A stretch of DNA of 41,024 nucleotides from a virus (lineage: Duplodnaviria > Caudoviricetes). Positions 1 through 9,364 of the stretch are shown one piece after another. The translations under genes and the position numbers were made by a program. Each line of letters starts with the position of its first letter. Within the stretch, counting starts at the first letter, position 1. The notes under the pieces are model-generated. The model did not search any database. It worked only from the letters and a program-made list of their open reading frames with translations, and had not been told where the DNA came from. The stretch spans positions 1 to 41,024 of IMG/VR virus record IMGVR_UViG_3300032246_001520. One strand, 5' to 3'.

Positions 1-2
1 AG

Positions 3-233
3 CGTAGTGGCTGAAGCAAACAACGTGGTTGTGTAAAACACAACGCTAGTGATAATCGCGCCAGCAGGAATAGCACCAAGTGAACCAGTCAACCCAGCAA
101 TCTGTGCGGCGGTAAGGTTGGTTGCTTGACCAACTGAGGTGGCGCCCATGTTACGCACTGTACCAGCAGTTGTGCCGGTTGTGTTTTTAACAGTACCAAG
201 TAGCCAAGGGCCTAAATGTGTAGCGAAACCCAT
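3..233 (-). CDS. Putative virion structural protein (3' end outside window)
   Basis: Not in ORF track. ATG at 233 after AAGGA RBS; open to window edge: MGFATHLGPWLLGTVKNTTGTTAGTVRNMG...; Thr/Gly/Ala-rich; lies directly downstream of the capsid gene. Confidence 0.75.
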   Translation of the reverse strand, partial: MGFATHLGPWLLGTVKNTTGTTAGTVRNMGATSVGQATNLTAAQIAGLTGSLGAIPAGAIITSVVFYTTTLFASATT

Positions 234-240
234 GATTGAG

Positions 241-312
241 TCCTTTATGCAAAAGTTCACTTACCATCGTTGCATCGTCTGCTGGGGCAGTTGGTAAGTA
301 TCGAATTCCCAG
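241..312 (-). ncRNA. Candidate double-pseudoknot 5' leader RNA abutting the RBS of the 233 gene
   Basis: Complementary pairs read by eye on the minus strand: CUGGG/CCCAG, ACUUACCA/UGGUAAGU, CUG/CAG and AUGCAA/UUGCAU, in interleaved order. Confidence 0.55.
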
Positions 313-346
313 ATATGAACAATAATAACTTAAAACAAATTAAAAG

Positions 347-377
347 AAAATAAAAAAGAGGGCCGAAGCCCCCTTTT
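347..377 (-). terminator. Rho-independent terminator after the major capsid gene
   Basis: Minus strand GGGGGC-TTCG-GCCCTC followed by TTTTTTATTTT (UUCG tetraloop). Confidence 0.85.
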
Positions 378-388
378 CTACGACCTAC

Positions 389-1297
389 TTAAGCACCGGC
401 AGAGCCGTACATGCCAAGCGGATCAGACCAGCCGAACGAATAACGCTCGCGAGCCTTGTAACGGACGTTGCCAGTGTCAAAATCGCCGTCCATAGAATTC
501 TGGAGGGGGATACGGACAAAGTGCTTCATGCCGTTAGGAACATCAGTCGTTAAGAACCAAGCATTGGTGTCGGTCAAGAAGTGGTTAATTGCGTAACCTT
601 CTGGAATCGAACCGTTGTTTTTCAAAGCGTTGATGTCGTTGTCAGTTGTACCAACACGCAGTTCAGTTTCGAGCAAACGAGTTGCAACGAACTGGAGTGA
701 TGGAGGAACAACCAACTTCTTGGGCTTAGCAGCAATCAACAGACCGCGTTCATCAGTCCATGCAGCGATTTGAATAACGGCAGCTTCCAAAGAAGTTTCG
801 TTAAGATCAGCAGGAGTTGATGGAATGTTGCTGTTGGTGCCACCAGAAACCAAGGGGTGTGATGCGCTGAACAAAGGTTGACCATCACCGCCGTTATAGC
901 CGGAAGTGAAGCCGTTGTTCAGAACAGCAGCAGCCTTAACTTGCTTGGTATATGCCATACCGCGAGCCAGAGCTTTCGTATAACGACCTGAGAGCGAGTC
1001 ATACAGGTTGTCTTCGATTGCTTCTTCAGTCAAGCTGAAGCCCAAAGCGATGGTTTCATGGTTGTATCGAGCAGTCCAAGCTTCCTGTGCGTTGTCAAAA
1101 GCAATCGCAGCGCCTTCCGACTTAACGGGGGCGGCTGAAAAGCCTGACAGCTTGGTTTCTTCTTCGAACGAACGCTCAGAGGTCTCTGTTTCGTAAACCT
1201 CTTTGTGTTCTTCACCATAACGAGCGTACTCAAGACCGAACAATGCGTTCAATCCGGGGAGCAGCTCTTTCAGTAGTTGTGCGCGTGAAATAGCCAT
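389..1297 (-). CDS. Major capsid protein (HK97 fold, Mu gpT-like)
   Basis: 302 aa, MAISRAQLLKELLPGLNALFG...PKKLVVPP...DFDTGNVRYKARERYSFGWSD; AAGGAG RBS; followed by a terminator. Confidence 0.92.
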   Translation of the reverse strand: MAISRAQLLKELLPGLNALFGLEYARYGEEHKEVYETETSERSFEEETKLSGFSAAPVKSEGAAIAFDNAQEAWTARYNHETIALGFSLTEEAIEDNLYDSLSGRYTKALARGMAYTKQVKAAAVLNNGFTSGYNGGDGQPLFSASHPLVSGGTNSNIPSTPADLNETSLEAAVIQIAAWTDERGLLIAAKPKKLVVPPSLQFVATRLLETELRVGTTDNDINALKNNGSIPEGYAINHFLTDTNAWFLTTDVPNGMKHFVRIPLQNSMDGDFDTGNVRYKARERYSFGWSDPLGMYGSAGA

Positions 1298-1308
1298 TTA
1301 AATGCTCC

Positions 1309-1950
1309 TTATACGCCGACAGCGTTGTAGTACGAATGATAGCCAAAGTTAAACTTGACAATCACTTCGGGATAGACGAGGTTGCCGCTAGACACATAAG
1401 CTGTGTCAGGAACCAAGTCCACGATTCGCATTGGCAATGAAGTCAATGTACCAGCACTATAAATGCCAATAGCAGAGTCGCCGGTGTTGGTTGAACCTGT
1501 GTTCAAAACCAAAACGCAGTTTTCGCCAAGGGCAGTTTGTTGCACGGGTGCAATAACTAAGCCAGTGCCGTTGGCTGTAGAGCCAACGCTTGCAACTTTG
1601 TAAAGCGTGTCTGGATCGTCGTTAATATAAGCCACGGCGTCAGTAATGCCAGAAGAAGCACCGGGCCAGTATTGAGCGTACACTTTTTGCTTAGTGTATG
1701 GGCTTGTATATGAACAACCTAAAAACACACCAACAACGCCTGCAACAGCAGAGGATTGACCAGCTAAAGTCGAAACAATAACCGTACCAGTCGAAGTCAA
1801 CTGAACAACATCACCATTAAAAATAGCGGTGTTGTAGTTAACCGAAGAAGTGGTAATGGGTAAAGTACGAGTTGAGCCAGCAAACACCTGCCCACCGATC
1901 AAATTGATCGGATCAAGCCCGTAAGGGGCCGAAACGGTAGGATAAGCCAT
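1309..1950 (-). CDS. Putative capsid accessory/decoration protein
   Basis: 213 aa with PYGLxP, IFNGDVV and GVFLGCSYT motifs; immediately upstream of the capsid gene; GGAG RBS. Confidence 0.65.
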   Translation of the reverse strand: MAYPTVSAPYGLDPINLIGGQVFAGSTRTLPITTSSVNYNTAIFNGDVVQLTSTGTVIVSTLAGQSSAVAGVVGVFLGCSYTSPYTKQKVYAQYWPGASSGITDAVAYINDDPDTLYKVASVGSTANGTGLVIAPVQQTALGENCVLVLNTGSTNTGDSAIGIYSAGTLTSLPMRIVDLVPDTAYVSSGNLVYPEVIVKFNFGYHSYYNAVGV

Positions 1951-1970
1951 TTAGAACTCCATAATTAAAT

Positions 1971-2423
1971 TTAAGAACTTTTTATGCCTACGCTCGTCGA
2001 TGATTTCCGCTCTTTAAAAATTGGCATCCTCGAATCGCTTTGGCGCATAAGCGTGTTGTCTACAGCATCCGTCTGAGCTTGTGTTTGACCTGCGTAATAC
2101 GAATTACGCTGCTCAACAAACTCAACAGGTGTTTTGCAAAGCAACAAACCGCCGATCTCGATGTTGTCTTTAAAACGACTTGTCGGATCAACTAACAGTT
2201 GAAACTGCGGTTGCTCTTCAATACGCACTGGCTCCCAGCCTTCTCTGAGTTTGGCAGAAAGGTTACGGGGGTCTGCTTTTTCAAAAGAAGCTACCCTAAT
2301 CCATCGATATGCAAATCCAGCTTGTTTGTCTGGCTCTGGGAGTAGTTCAGCGGGTGCCCACTGCTGGGGGCGCTCTTTGGTTACTCGGGTTTGCATCTCT
2401 CTTGTAATCTTTGCATCTGACAT
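1971..2423 (-). CDS. Conserved phage head-module protein, function unknown
   Basis: 150 aa with YRWIR, REGWEPV and IGGLLLCK motifs; between scaffold and capsid genes. Confidence 0.7.
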   Translation of the reverse strand: MSDAKITREMQTRVTKERPQQWAPAELLPEPDKQAGFAYRWIRVASFEKADPRNLSAKLREGWEPVRIEEQPQFQLLVDPTSRFKDNIEIGGLLLCKTPVEFVEQRNSYYAGQTQAQTDAVDNTLMRQSDSRMPIFKERKSSTSVGIKSS

Positions 2424-2424
2424 T

Positions 2425-3381
2425 TTAGTTCTCCAGTTTTAAAACTTCACGTACATAATGTTCAGGCGTAATGCCTAGCTTTTTAATAAAAGCAGCTTGG
2501 GTTTGCGTTAACCGTATCTTTTTTGAGGACGTGGTGCGCGTTGCCGGAGCTACAACATTAGGTGATTTTTGTTTCGCGGGCGGTGTACTTGTAACCTCTC
2601 GCTCTGGTTCACCAAAATTCTCAGCAAATCTTTTCCGCATTGTCTTGTCCAAGACGGAATAATACTCATCAGACCCAATTGATACGCCGTTGCGTTTAAG
2701 CTTTTCATGTAAGCCAAGTGCCGCAGCGGTCATCTCTTCATCCCGACCAAACCAAGGATTGCGCTCTTGCCACGCTAATGCCCTATTGTCAGGAGGAGGG
2801 GGCTGTTGTTGAGTTTGTACTCGATAATTTTCTTCCTGTAAAGGGGGTATTTTGAAGTTCTCTACCCGATCCATATCCATTGTGAGCTTGGTGATCTTCT
2901 TTTGAGCAGCCATTTGCTTCTCAAAATCACCCTCATCATAAGCTTCGCGAGCTTCTCGCTCGGCTGCTTCGAGTTTTAACTCAGTGGTACTCTTTACGGC
3001 ATTAACATACTCCTGCTGACCATTAGCAAGCATGTCTTTAATGCGCTTGTTTTCAGCAATTAAACGCTGAGTTGCCGCTAATGCTTCTTGTTGCTCACGA
3101 TAAGCAGCTTCTTTAGCCCGGCGTTCGTCGTGCCAAACCTTTTTAAGCTGTTTAAACTTTGTGCGCACATCATCTGAGTACTCTTCCAGCTCGTCTTTAT
3201 CAAGTTGTTCGACGATTTCCCGGGGCATTGGCTCACGCCCACGGTCTTCTTGGGGCGTATCATCTTCGATTTCAATTTTTACGTTGTTATCGTCTTCAAA
3301 TTCAATGTCAAATTCCATTTTTTCAGCTTTTGGCGGGCTTTCATCCGGAAATTTGAACTCTTCTTTCTCAAAATTAGCCAT
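2425..3381 (-). CDS. Putative capsid scaffolding protein
   Basis: 318 aa; acidic N-terminus, coiled-coil core, W..RNPWFG motif, C-terminal LGITPEHY; position between portal and capsid genes. Confidence 0.75.
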   Translation of the reverse strand: MANFEKEEFKFPDESPPKAEKMEFDIEFEDDNNVKIEIEDDTPQEDRGREPMPREIVEQLDKDELEEYSDDVRTKFKQLKKVWHDERRAKEAAYREQQEALAATQRLIAENKRIKDMLANGQQEYVNAVKSTTELKLEAAEREAREAYDEGDFEKQMAAQKKITKLTMDMDRVENFKIPPLQEENYRVQTQQQPPPPDNRALAWQERNPWFGRDEEMTAAALGLHEKLKRNGVSIGSDEYYSVLDKTMRKRFAENFGEPEREVTSTPPAKQKSPNVVAPATRTTSSKKIRLTQTQAAFIKKLGITPEHYVREVLKLEN

Positions 3382-3392
3382 GATGTGGCTCC

Positions 3393-3809
3393 TTATGCTC
3401 GTTTAATGCCGCGTGGGTCTTGAACCACTGCTTCAACAGTGTCGTCGTTGATCATTCTGAACTCACGCCCATGAATAATTAACCTTGTGCCAGCGTTTGG
3501 TCTGACAATGACAAAATCACCTTGTTTGCACCACGGCCCAGTTGGGAATTTCTCTGGGTCTTTATAGCAATCAGGCCCCATGTTGACCACAAACAACACC
3601 GTAGCGAGGCGTTCTTCAAAATTAACGGTTGAATCCGCCTTTAAAAGACCGCTTTCATACTCCCTATCAACTTCTGGGATAGCGCACAAAATGCGATAAC
3701 CAGAAGGTGTGGGAAGTTGTTGAGCTTTTTCATCGTCTGTGGCTTCTGATCTATACATGCCTACTATTTCTGGATTGTCGGGGTTTGAGCCGATCAAAAT
3801 CTCAGTCAT
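3393..3809 (-). CDS. groES: GroES/Cpn10-like co-chaperonin
   Basis: PSGYRILC...SGLL...VVNMGPDCY...GDFV...G.EFRMINDDTVEAVV. Start at 3809 (MTEI) preferred over 3815 because of GGAGAG spacing. Confidence 0.85.
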   Translation of the reverse strand: MTEILIGSNPDNPEIVGMYRSEATDDEKAQQLPTPSGYRILCAIPEVDREYESGLLKADSTVNFEERLATVLFVVNMGPDCYKDPEKFPTGPWCKQGDFVIVRPNAGTRLIIHGREFRMINDDTVEAVVQDPRGIKRA

Positions 3810-3990
3810 CTGCACTCTCCATGCGTTGTTTAAGGTCTATGGCATAACCCCGGGCGGTAAGAAGACCTTTAATCTCCCCGCTCAGTCTTTTGTAATCCTC
3901 AATAGAGTCAGCTTTTCCGTCACTGACATATTCCCGGACTTGATTGACCTTCTCATCAATTTCTTTAATCAGAACCTCAAAAGCATCCAT
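3802..3990 (-). CDS. Hypothetical head-module protein
   Basis: 62 aa, EDYKRLSGEIKGL motif; overlaps both neighbours, implying translational coupling. Confidence 0.7.
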   Translation of the reverse strand: MDAFEVLIKEIDEKVNQVREYVSDGKADSIEDYKRLSGEIKGLLTARGYAIDLKQRMESADD

Positions 3991-6491
3991 TACTTAGCCT
4001 TTTTGTCAGGTGCGTGTATGTTTGATACATGCGAAGCAACTCGCTCTGTTACATCTTTGTGGTGCATTGCAACATCAGCACCAACCTTCAACCCCGTTAA
4101 TAATTTCTCGGCGTTTAAATCTTGGATGTCTTTTTGGGCTTTGGCACCGATTTGGATGCCGGCGATTTTGGCTTGACTTGCAATACGCTGGCGCTCGACG
4201 TCGATTTGCTGGGCCTTGGCTTGAGCGTCGGCTCTGTCTTTGGCAACCTTCCTATCGATCTCTGCCTTTTTAAGTTGGAGTTCGGCTTGCTGGAGCTGGA
4301 CGAGAGGATCTTGGGCTTGTTGCTGAGCCTGCTGCTGCTGGGCTTGGGCGGTGTTTTGGGCAAGGACTCGTTGTGCGGCTTGAGCCAAAAGCGGAGCCAG
4401 CCTTGCTTCAACTTCAGGAGCCATGTTGTTAATTTCACCATTTTCATTTTCCTGTGGAGGTAGGTTCATTCCAAGTTGCTGTTCAATGGCAACGCGGTAG
4501 CCATAACCCAAGTGCTCAGCAATGTGCGCTTGCATTGCAGATTGAAGTGCTTGGGCTTGAGGGGATTGACCGACTATTGCCACAACCTTTGGGTCTTTCA
4601 TTGCAGAGGTGTGAACAATAATGTGCGCTTCATGATCTTGGTAGGCAAAGGCTTTAACTGGCTTGCCCATTAAAACGCATTGATTTTCCGTGACCGGGTC
4701 TTGCGGTTTTTGATCTTCGGCTAACGGAACAAGCTTATTAGCATCTTTAATGCCAAGTACATCTAACATCTGGCGGTGCAATAAGGGCATGTTATAAAAC
4801 TGCGGGCTGGTCTGAGCCAGTTGTAAAACTGCCTGATACTGAACAATCTTTTGTGCCATTGTTGCAGCATTAGGGTCTGATACAGGAATTACATCAACGT
4901 CTTTGTAATCCTGTTTTCTTGCCCGGCGGTTGCCTTCTTCTGGCTCATACTCATACTCATCCGGGGCGTTTTCAGCCATGATGTTTTTAATGAGTTTTAA
5001 TTCCTGCTTAAGCGAGAAATGTATTCTGGCTTGAACTGCTGACATCACCTTCAGGGTGCGTTCTAGGATAGCAAGTGTTGTTCCAACAGGGGCTTGTGCT
5101 GACATGTCAGATACTTGAATGTCGGCGGTGTTGGCAAAATTACGACCATCTTGAATAATTTGATTTAAAAGACCAATCAGCACTTGGCTTGGTTCTTTGT
5201 ATGGCAATGGCAATATGTTGTCGCGCATTACGCCGGAAGCAATGTCCACATCCCGGAATTCACCGGGTGCGATAGGTGTATCGTCGCCCTTGATTCTCAT
5301 GCCCTTGGTCTTAAACCCACCCGGCAAGTTAGCCAATGTTCCGGCATCTACCAGCTGGCGGATTAAAGCTGTGCCCGATTTTGCATAGGCACCAATCAAA
5401 TGGATTAAACCAAAACAATAAAACCCAAATCCGGGAATGTACCCATAATGAACAAAATGCTGACGCTTTAAAAATAAATCATCATTTGGCTTCCAGTTCC
5501 TTCGAATAGCCAGAATCTTTGATGAACCTTTTTCAATGGTCACCACATAAGGAAGTGCAATTCCTGTATCTTTACCTTCTTCATCGGTATGCTCAAAACC
5601 CGGAAGATCAAGATTGCAATGCATTTCAAGAATCTTGAATCGATCATCTGCTGTTGCTCTAAAGCCCAGCTTCTCAGCAATCTTCTTTTCTACTTCATCG
5701 AGCATATTGACCGGGTCACCCAGATCAATATCAAGATAAAACCCAGCCACTTGAAGCTTACGCAATTCATTTTCAGTTTTGCGCATAACATGCGTAACAC
5801 GCTCGGCAGATTCAAGATCAGATGAACCATAAGGCACAACAACATCTTCTGCTGGTACAAATATTGCCACCTGACGACCCAGAGAAGGGTCTTCATAAAC
5901 CTTTTTAAAGGCATTACCAGCTAAACCCAAACCCCAGATCATTCGTTCTGTTTCCGGGCGGTATTCAGGCATTTTTTCTGTCAACTCATAGTTCATGTCT
6001 TCCTGAACTCGCTGAGCAGAATTTTTCTTTTCTTGGGTTTCTTTGCCAATAATTTTGGTTTTTACTGGCCCCATTGCCGGGAATATTGAAGTTATTGTCT
6101 CTGCTTGGAACCTTACTAATGATTCAGCTAATAGAGGATGATAAATACCACAAGCACCTTCCCAAGGCTCAGCCCGCTCTTCAATCTTCAAACCAAGAAG
6201 TTCAAGTCCATCTACATAGGTTTGAATCCAGTCTTTACGAGACGATATGTCGTCATCAAAATCTGCAATCAACTCAGAAGCTAGTGTGGCAAGTTGTTGG
6301 TCGTTTAAACTTTCAGCTAAGTTTTCTGAGAATGTGTCATCATCCTCGGTTGGCATGATGTCAATCTCAAGCCCGCCCATGCTAATGCTGACTGACTCGG
6401 GGTCTTCAATTTCAATTTCAATAGGCATCTCTTCTTGCGCCAGTTGTTCAATGCCGATTGGTGCTTGGTATAGTGCTTTGTCGATAGCCAT
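3990..6491 (-). CDS. Portal protein
   Basis: 833 aa directly after TerL; PWEGACGIYHPLL, GFGFYCFGLIH, RQLVDAGTLANLPGG, PLPYKEPS motifs; long Gln-rich C-terminal coiled coil as in podovirus portals. Confidence 0.88.
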   Translation of the reverse strand: MAIDKALYQAPIGIEQLAQEEMPIEIEIEDPESVSISMGGLEIDIMPTEDDDTFSENLAESLNDQQLATLASELIADFDDDISSRKDWIQTYVDGLELLGLKIEERAEPWEGACGIYHPLLAESLVRFQAETITSIFPAMGPVKTKIIGKETQEKKNSAQRVQEDMNYELTEKMPEYRPETERMIWGLGLAGNAFKKVYEDPSLGRQVAIFVPAEDVVVPYGSSDLESAERVTHVMRKTENELRKLQVAGFYLDIDLGDPVNMLDEVEKKIAEKLGFRATADDRFKILEMHCNLDLPGFEHTDEEGKDTGIALPYVVTIEKGSSKILAIRRNWKPNDDLFLKRQHFVHYGYIPGFGFYCFGLIHLIGAYAKSGTALIRQLVDAGTLANLPGGFKTKGMRIKGDDTPIAPGEFRDVDIASGVMRDNILPLPYKEPSQVLIGLLNQIIQDGRNFANTADIQVSDMSAQAPVGTTLAILERTLKVMSAVQARIHFSLKQELKLIKNIMAENAPDEYEYEPEEGNRRARKQDYKDVDVIPVSDPNAATMAQKIVQYQAVLQLAQTSPQFYNMPLLHRQMLDVLGIKDANKLVPLAEDQKPQDPVTENQCVLMGKPVKAFAYQDHEAHIIVHTSAMKDPKVVAIVGQSPQAQALQSAMQAHIAEHLGYGYRVAIEQQLGMNLPPQENENGEINNMAPEVEARLAPLLAQAAQRVLAQNTAQAQQQQAQQQAQDPLVQLQQAELQLKKAEIDRKVAKDRADAQAKAQQIDVERQRIASQAKIAGIQIGAKAQKDIQDLNAEKLLTGLKVGADVAMHHKDVTERVASHVSNIHAPDKKAK

Positions 6492-6499
6492 AGTGTTTC

Positions 6500-8002
6500 T
6501 CAGTAGTACGCGGTTTTGCGTTTAAACATCGGTTCATCTGGCTCATCTGATTCAAGCCGAATAAAACCACCTTGTCGAAATCTCAACAACGCCTGACTAG
6601 TTGAATCCACCAAGTCATCATGCTCACCGTTAGGAAATGATGCGCACTCCTCCATGACTTCTTCAGCCCATCTTGTATCTGGGCACCATACATATCCTGA
6701 TGCAAATAAATCAGATATAGCGTTTACACGGGCTATCTTATCAGAACCCTTGTTTGGCGTGTACTCTGATAAAGGCACACCGATCTGCCTAAGTTCGTAA
6801 ATTAATGGCGCACCGGCGGCTTTTTTCTCAATAATCAGCGTATCAGGATCAAATTCCTTGTAAAGCTCATAAGCCTTTCTTTTAAGCTCTGGGAACTCCA
6901 TTCGAGCTTTAAAGGCATCAATCAGCATAATATTTGGCACTTCCATGCCTTCGCCATTGTCAACATAGAAAACACCCCATGTTGTGCAGGCAGAATAATC
7001 AGAACGGCTATTTTTCTCAAAAGCCGTGTCCCACGACTGGATAATGTACTCACAGAAAGGTGCGCGGTCATGATCCCATATCTTCCACATGTCGCGTTTT
7101 ATAATCGCGCCTTCTTCTGAGGTTGGGTTTTGCTGATACTGGGCTTCCCACTTACCAACCGCAATTTCAGCCTTAATGGCTTCAAGTTCCTTTTGAGACC
7201 AAAACTCAGGCCATAAGGGATTGCCTGACGGCAGTAGTGCGGGGAATTCAATCACTTCCCATTCATCGCCTTCGCGCTTAACAGAATTATTAATAATCTG
7301 CCCGGTTAAGTCTCTCTTAGACCAGCGCGTCATTACAACAATAATCGCACCGCCCGGCTGTAAACGCTGTCGAGGGCCAGAACCATACCATTCATACACC
7401 CGGTCATAGACTTCAGGATTCCCCTGCATTGCCTCTTGTTCACTGTGCGGGTCATCAATAATCAAAAGATCAGCACCCTTACCTGTTACAGCACCTCCAA
7501 CACCTATAGCAAAATAATCACCGCCTTTGCTCGTATTCCATCTTCCAGCAGCTTTCGAATCACTTGAAAGCTTGGTTGGGAATATCTCTTGGTAGTCTGG
7601 ACTATTTACAAGGTTTCTAACCTTACGACCAAAACCAACAGCTAATTCTGCGGTGTGCGCAGTTTGAATAATCTTTTTTTCCGGGTACTTACCTAAGAAC
7701 CATGCGGGGAGTAGATAAGAAGCAAATTCAGACTTAGTGTGCCGGGGTGGCATGTTAATAATTAACCGCTTCAAATCCCCAGAGGCAACCCGTTCAAAAG
7801 CATCAGCCATAATCTTGTGATGCCTTCCGGGAATAAAAGCAGACCACATCTGGTTTACAAATGGCAGGAAATTATCCCTGCATCTTTCAACTTTATCTGC
7901 TCTTAACAGCTTATGTATCTTATCGACTTCAGGGGAATTGCTAGGCAATACATCAAGCAGTTTGATGTACTTAGCAACCTCATCCCTCGTTAATAAGCTC
8001 AT
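6500..8002 (-). CDS. terL: Terminase large subunit
   Basis: Walker A-like MPPRHTKS, Walker B LLIIDDP, VMTRW coupling motif, nuclease residues SWDTA and FPNGEHDDLVDS. Confidence 0.96.
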   Translation of the reverse strand: MSLLTRDEVAKYIKLLDVLPSNSPEVDKIHKLLRADKVERCRDNFLPFVNQMWSAFIPGRHHKIMADAFERVASGDLKRLIINMPPRHTKSEFASYLLPAWFLGKYPEKKIIQTAHTAELAVGFGRKVRNLVNSPDYQEIFPTKLSSDSKAAGRWNTSKGGDYFAIGVGGAVTGKGADLLIIDDPHSEQEAMQGNPEVYDRVYEWYGSGPRQRLQPGGAIIVVMTRWSKRDLTGQIINNSVKREGDEWEVIEFPALLPSGNPLWPEFWSQKELEAIKAEIAVGKWEAQYQQNPTSEEGAIIKRDMWKIWDHDRAPFCEYIIQSWDTAFEKNSRSDYSACTTWGVFYVDNGEGMEVPNIMLIDAFKARMEFPELKRKAYELYKEFDPDTLIIEKKAAGAPLIYELRQIGVPLSEYTPNKGSDKIARVNAISDLFASGYVWCPDTRWAEEVMEECASFPNGEHDDLVDSTSQALLRFRQGGFIRLESDEPDEPMFKRKTAYY

Positions 8003-8229
8003 AGGTCATTAATCTCATTTACAGACTGATCACTTAACTTAATCGACCTTACGAGGTGCGGTTGAATCTTTATGTGCCCCTCTTTACGCAGTTTATGCAC
8101 AAGCCTGTGAATATTCGATTTACTTTTCATTCCAAGCCCATGTGCAATATTGATGTAAGAAGGTGGATAACCCTTAATCTTTATGTACATCTCAATAAAA
8201 TCAAGAACCAATTTCTGTTTCGGCGTCAT
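7999..8229 (-). CDS. LexA-like DNA-binding-domain-only protein
   Basis: MTPKQKLVLDFI...GYPPSYINIAHGLGMKSKSNIHRLVHKLRKEGHI matches the LexA winged-HTH pattern; no peptidase domain; ATGA overlap with terL. Confidence 0.8.
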   Translation of the reverse strand: MTPKQKLVLDFIEMYIKIKGYPPSYINIAHGLGMKSKSNIHRLVHKLRKEGHIKIQPHLVRSIKLSDQSVNEINDL

Positions 8230-8470
8230 ATGCAAACTCTTCATAAAACACAGGGGTCTTCTTTCCTACATACGAACCCTTAATATTGAAATCAAAATAC
8301 TCATAAGCCTCTTCAAGTTCCATCTCTTCACTTAGCTTATTAACTATCTTCTCAGTACTGTATAAAACTACAGCCTCATCGTCTCTAACGGTAATTCCTA
8401 AGATGCAATCATCATAGCCGTCAGCAAATAAAAGATCAGGAACAATCTTGGCAAGTTTTTCTCGTTGCAT
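8201..8470 (-). CDS. Conserved phage hypothetical protein
   Basis: ADGYDDCILG...EAYEYFDFNIKGSYVGKKTP; likely start MQREK at 8470. Confidence 0.7.
   Translation of the reverse strand: MQREKLAKIVPDLLFADGYDDCILGITVRDDEAVVLYSTEKIVNKLSEEMELEEAYEYFDFNIKGSYVGKKTPVFYEEFAYDAETEIGS
8358..8373. promoter_or_regulatory. CTG-N10-CAG SOS-box-like site
   Basis: TA-CTGTATAAAACTACAG matches the E. coli/betaproteobacterial LexA box; lies inside a CDS about 130 bp upstream of the LexA-like gene. Confidence 0.35.
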
Positions 8471-8648
8471 ATATACCCCGGGTAGAACAAAACAGAAACG
8501 TTCGTGGGGGTATTCTACACAACGTTTAAACAGAGTCAACTAAAACTTCAATAGGGGGTGGGGGCGAACGTTCGTATTGAGTAAGGGTGGGTAATTGAAT
8601 GTGTGGATCATAGTGTAGTGTGGACTGGGCATGAAGCGGCTAAAACCC

Positions 8649-8668
8649 GGGGGTCGGGGTGGGTGGGG
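8649..8668 (+). other. G-quadruplex-capable G tract downstream of terS
   Basis: GGGGG-TC-GGGG-T-GGG-T-GGGG; more G runs at about 8554-8590. Confidence 0.5.
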
Positions 8669-8749
8669 TTGACCACAGGCAAAACGATGACCGGACACCC
8701 CTGAAGGCGTTTAAACACCTGACCAGTTCCTAAGAAGGGGCAAGTTGCC

Positions 8750-9364
8750 TCAGTGCTTAGTCGCACCGTCTAGTAGTGCTAGATGCGTCTCAAGCTCGCG
8801 CTTCAATTGATCTGCGCTCACTTCCTCGACCTTAGATTCCACCTTGTCGACGAACATCCCAACGGCTTTGCCCATAAGCTCAAGCGCTTTAAGCTTCGAT
8901 GACTCACTCTTCATCTCTCGGCTGTGCGCGAGTAGCTCTGTCATTATGTGTCGACGTGTGGCTATGCTGTCGTTTACGATGCTTTCCTCGGTGCGTGACA
9001 GACTGACGTCAAGCAGACTCTGCACTTTTGGATTGCGCATCAGTCGGTTCGCATCTACAGCACTCGTACCCATCCGATCAGTTGTGACGTTGTAAGCTTT
9101 CCTGTAAGCCTCAGTCGCGCTGATGCCCTGAGTGACGATAAGATTTACAAATAGTCGTTGCTTTGCTGTAAGTCTTCCTTTCTTATTGTCTTTAACACCA
9201 TAGACCTTACCTGTCTTTGTGCGTCTGTCTGATAAGGATTCAACCGATGCTCGCAGTTGCTCGCCAGTCATCTCGGGCGCTTCAAAAACGAAAGCATTAC
9301 CATCGGCAGACCCTTTCATTTTTAGACCGTCATCCAGACCTTCGAAGTCGTCCACATCCAACAT
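8750..9364 (-). CDS. terS: Terminase small subunit
   Basis: LTAKQRLFV...ATEAYRKAY...ANRLMRNPKV...ALELMGKAVGMF, the classic TerS HTH pattern; upstream of terL. Confidence 0.88.
   Translation of the reverse strand: MLDVDDFEGLDDGLKMKGSADGNAFVFEAPEMTGEQLRASVESLSDRRTKTGKVYGVKDNKKGRLTAKQRLFVNLIVTQGISATEAYRKAYNVTTDRMGTSAVDANRLMRNPKVQSLLDVSLSRTEESIVNDSIATRRHIMTELLAHSREMKSESSKLKALELMGKAVGMFVDKVESKVEEVSADQLKRELETHLALLDGATKH

Noticed and set aside
2424-2440. AACTGGAG before the late gene at 2423 as an sRNA target
   Set aside because: Only 8 nt, explained by a normal GGAG RBS within the upstream coding end (KLEN); not counted among targets.
8485-8499. GAAC-N7-AAAC resembling the alphaproteobacterial LexA box
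   Set aside because: Single imperfect copy; other cues point to CTG-N10-CAG type boxes.
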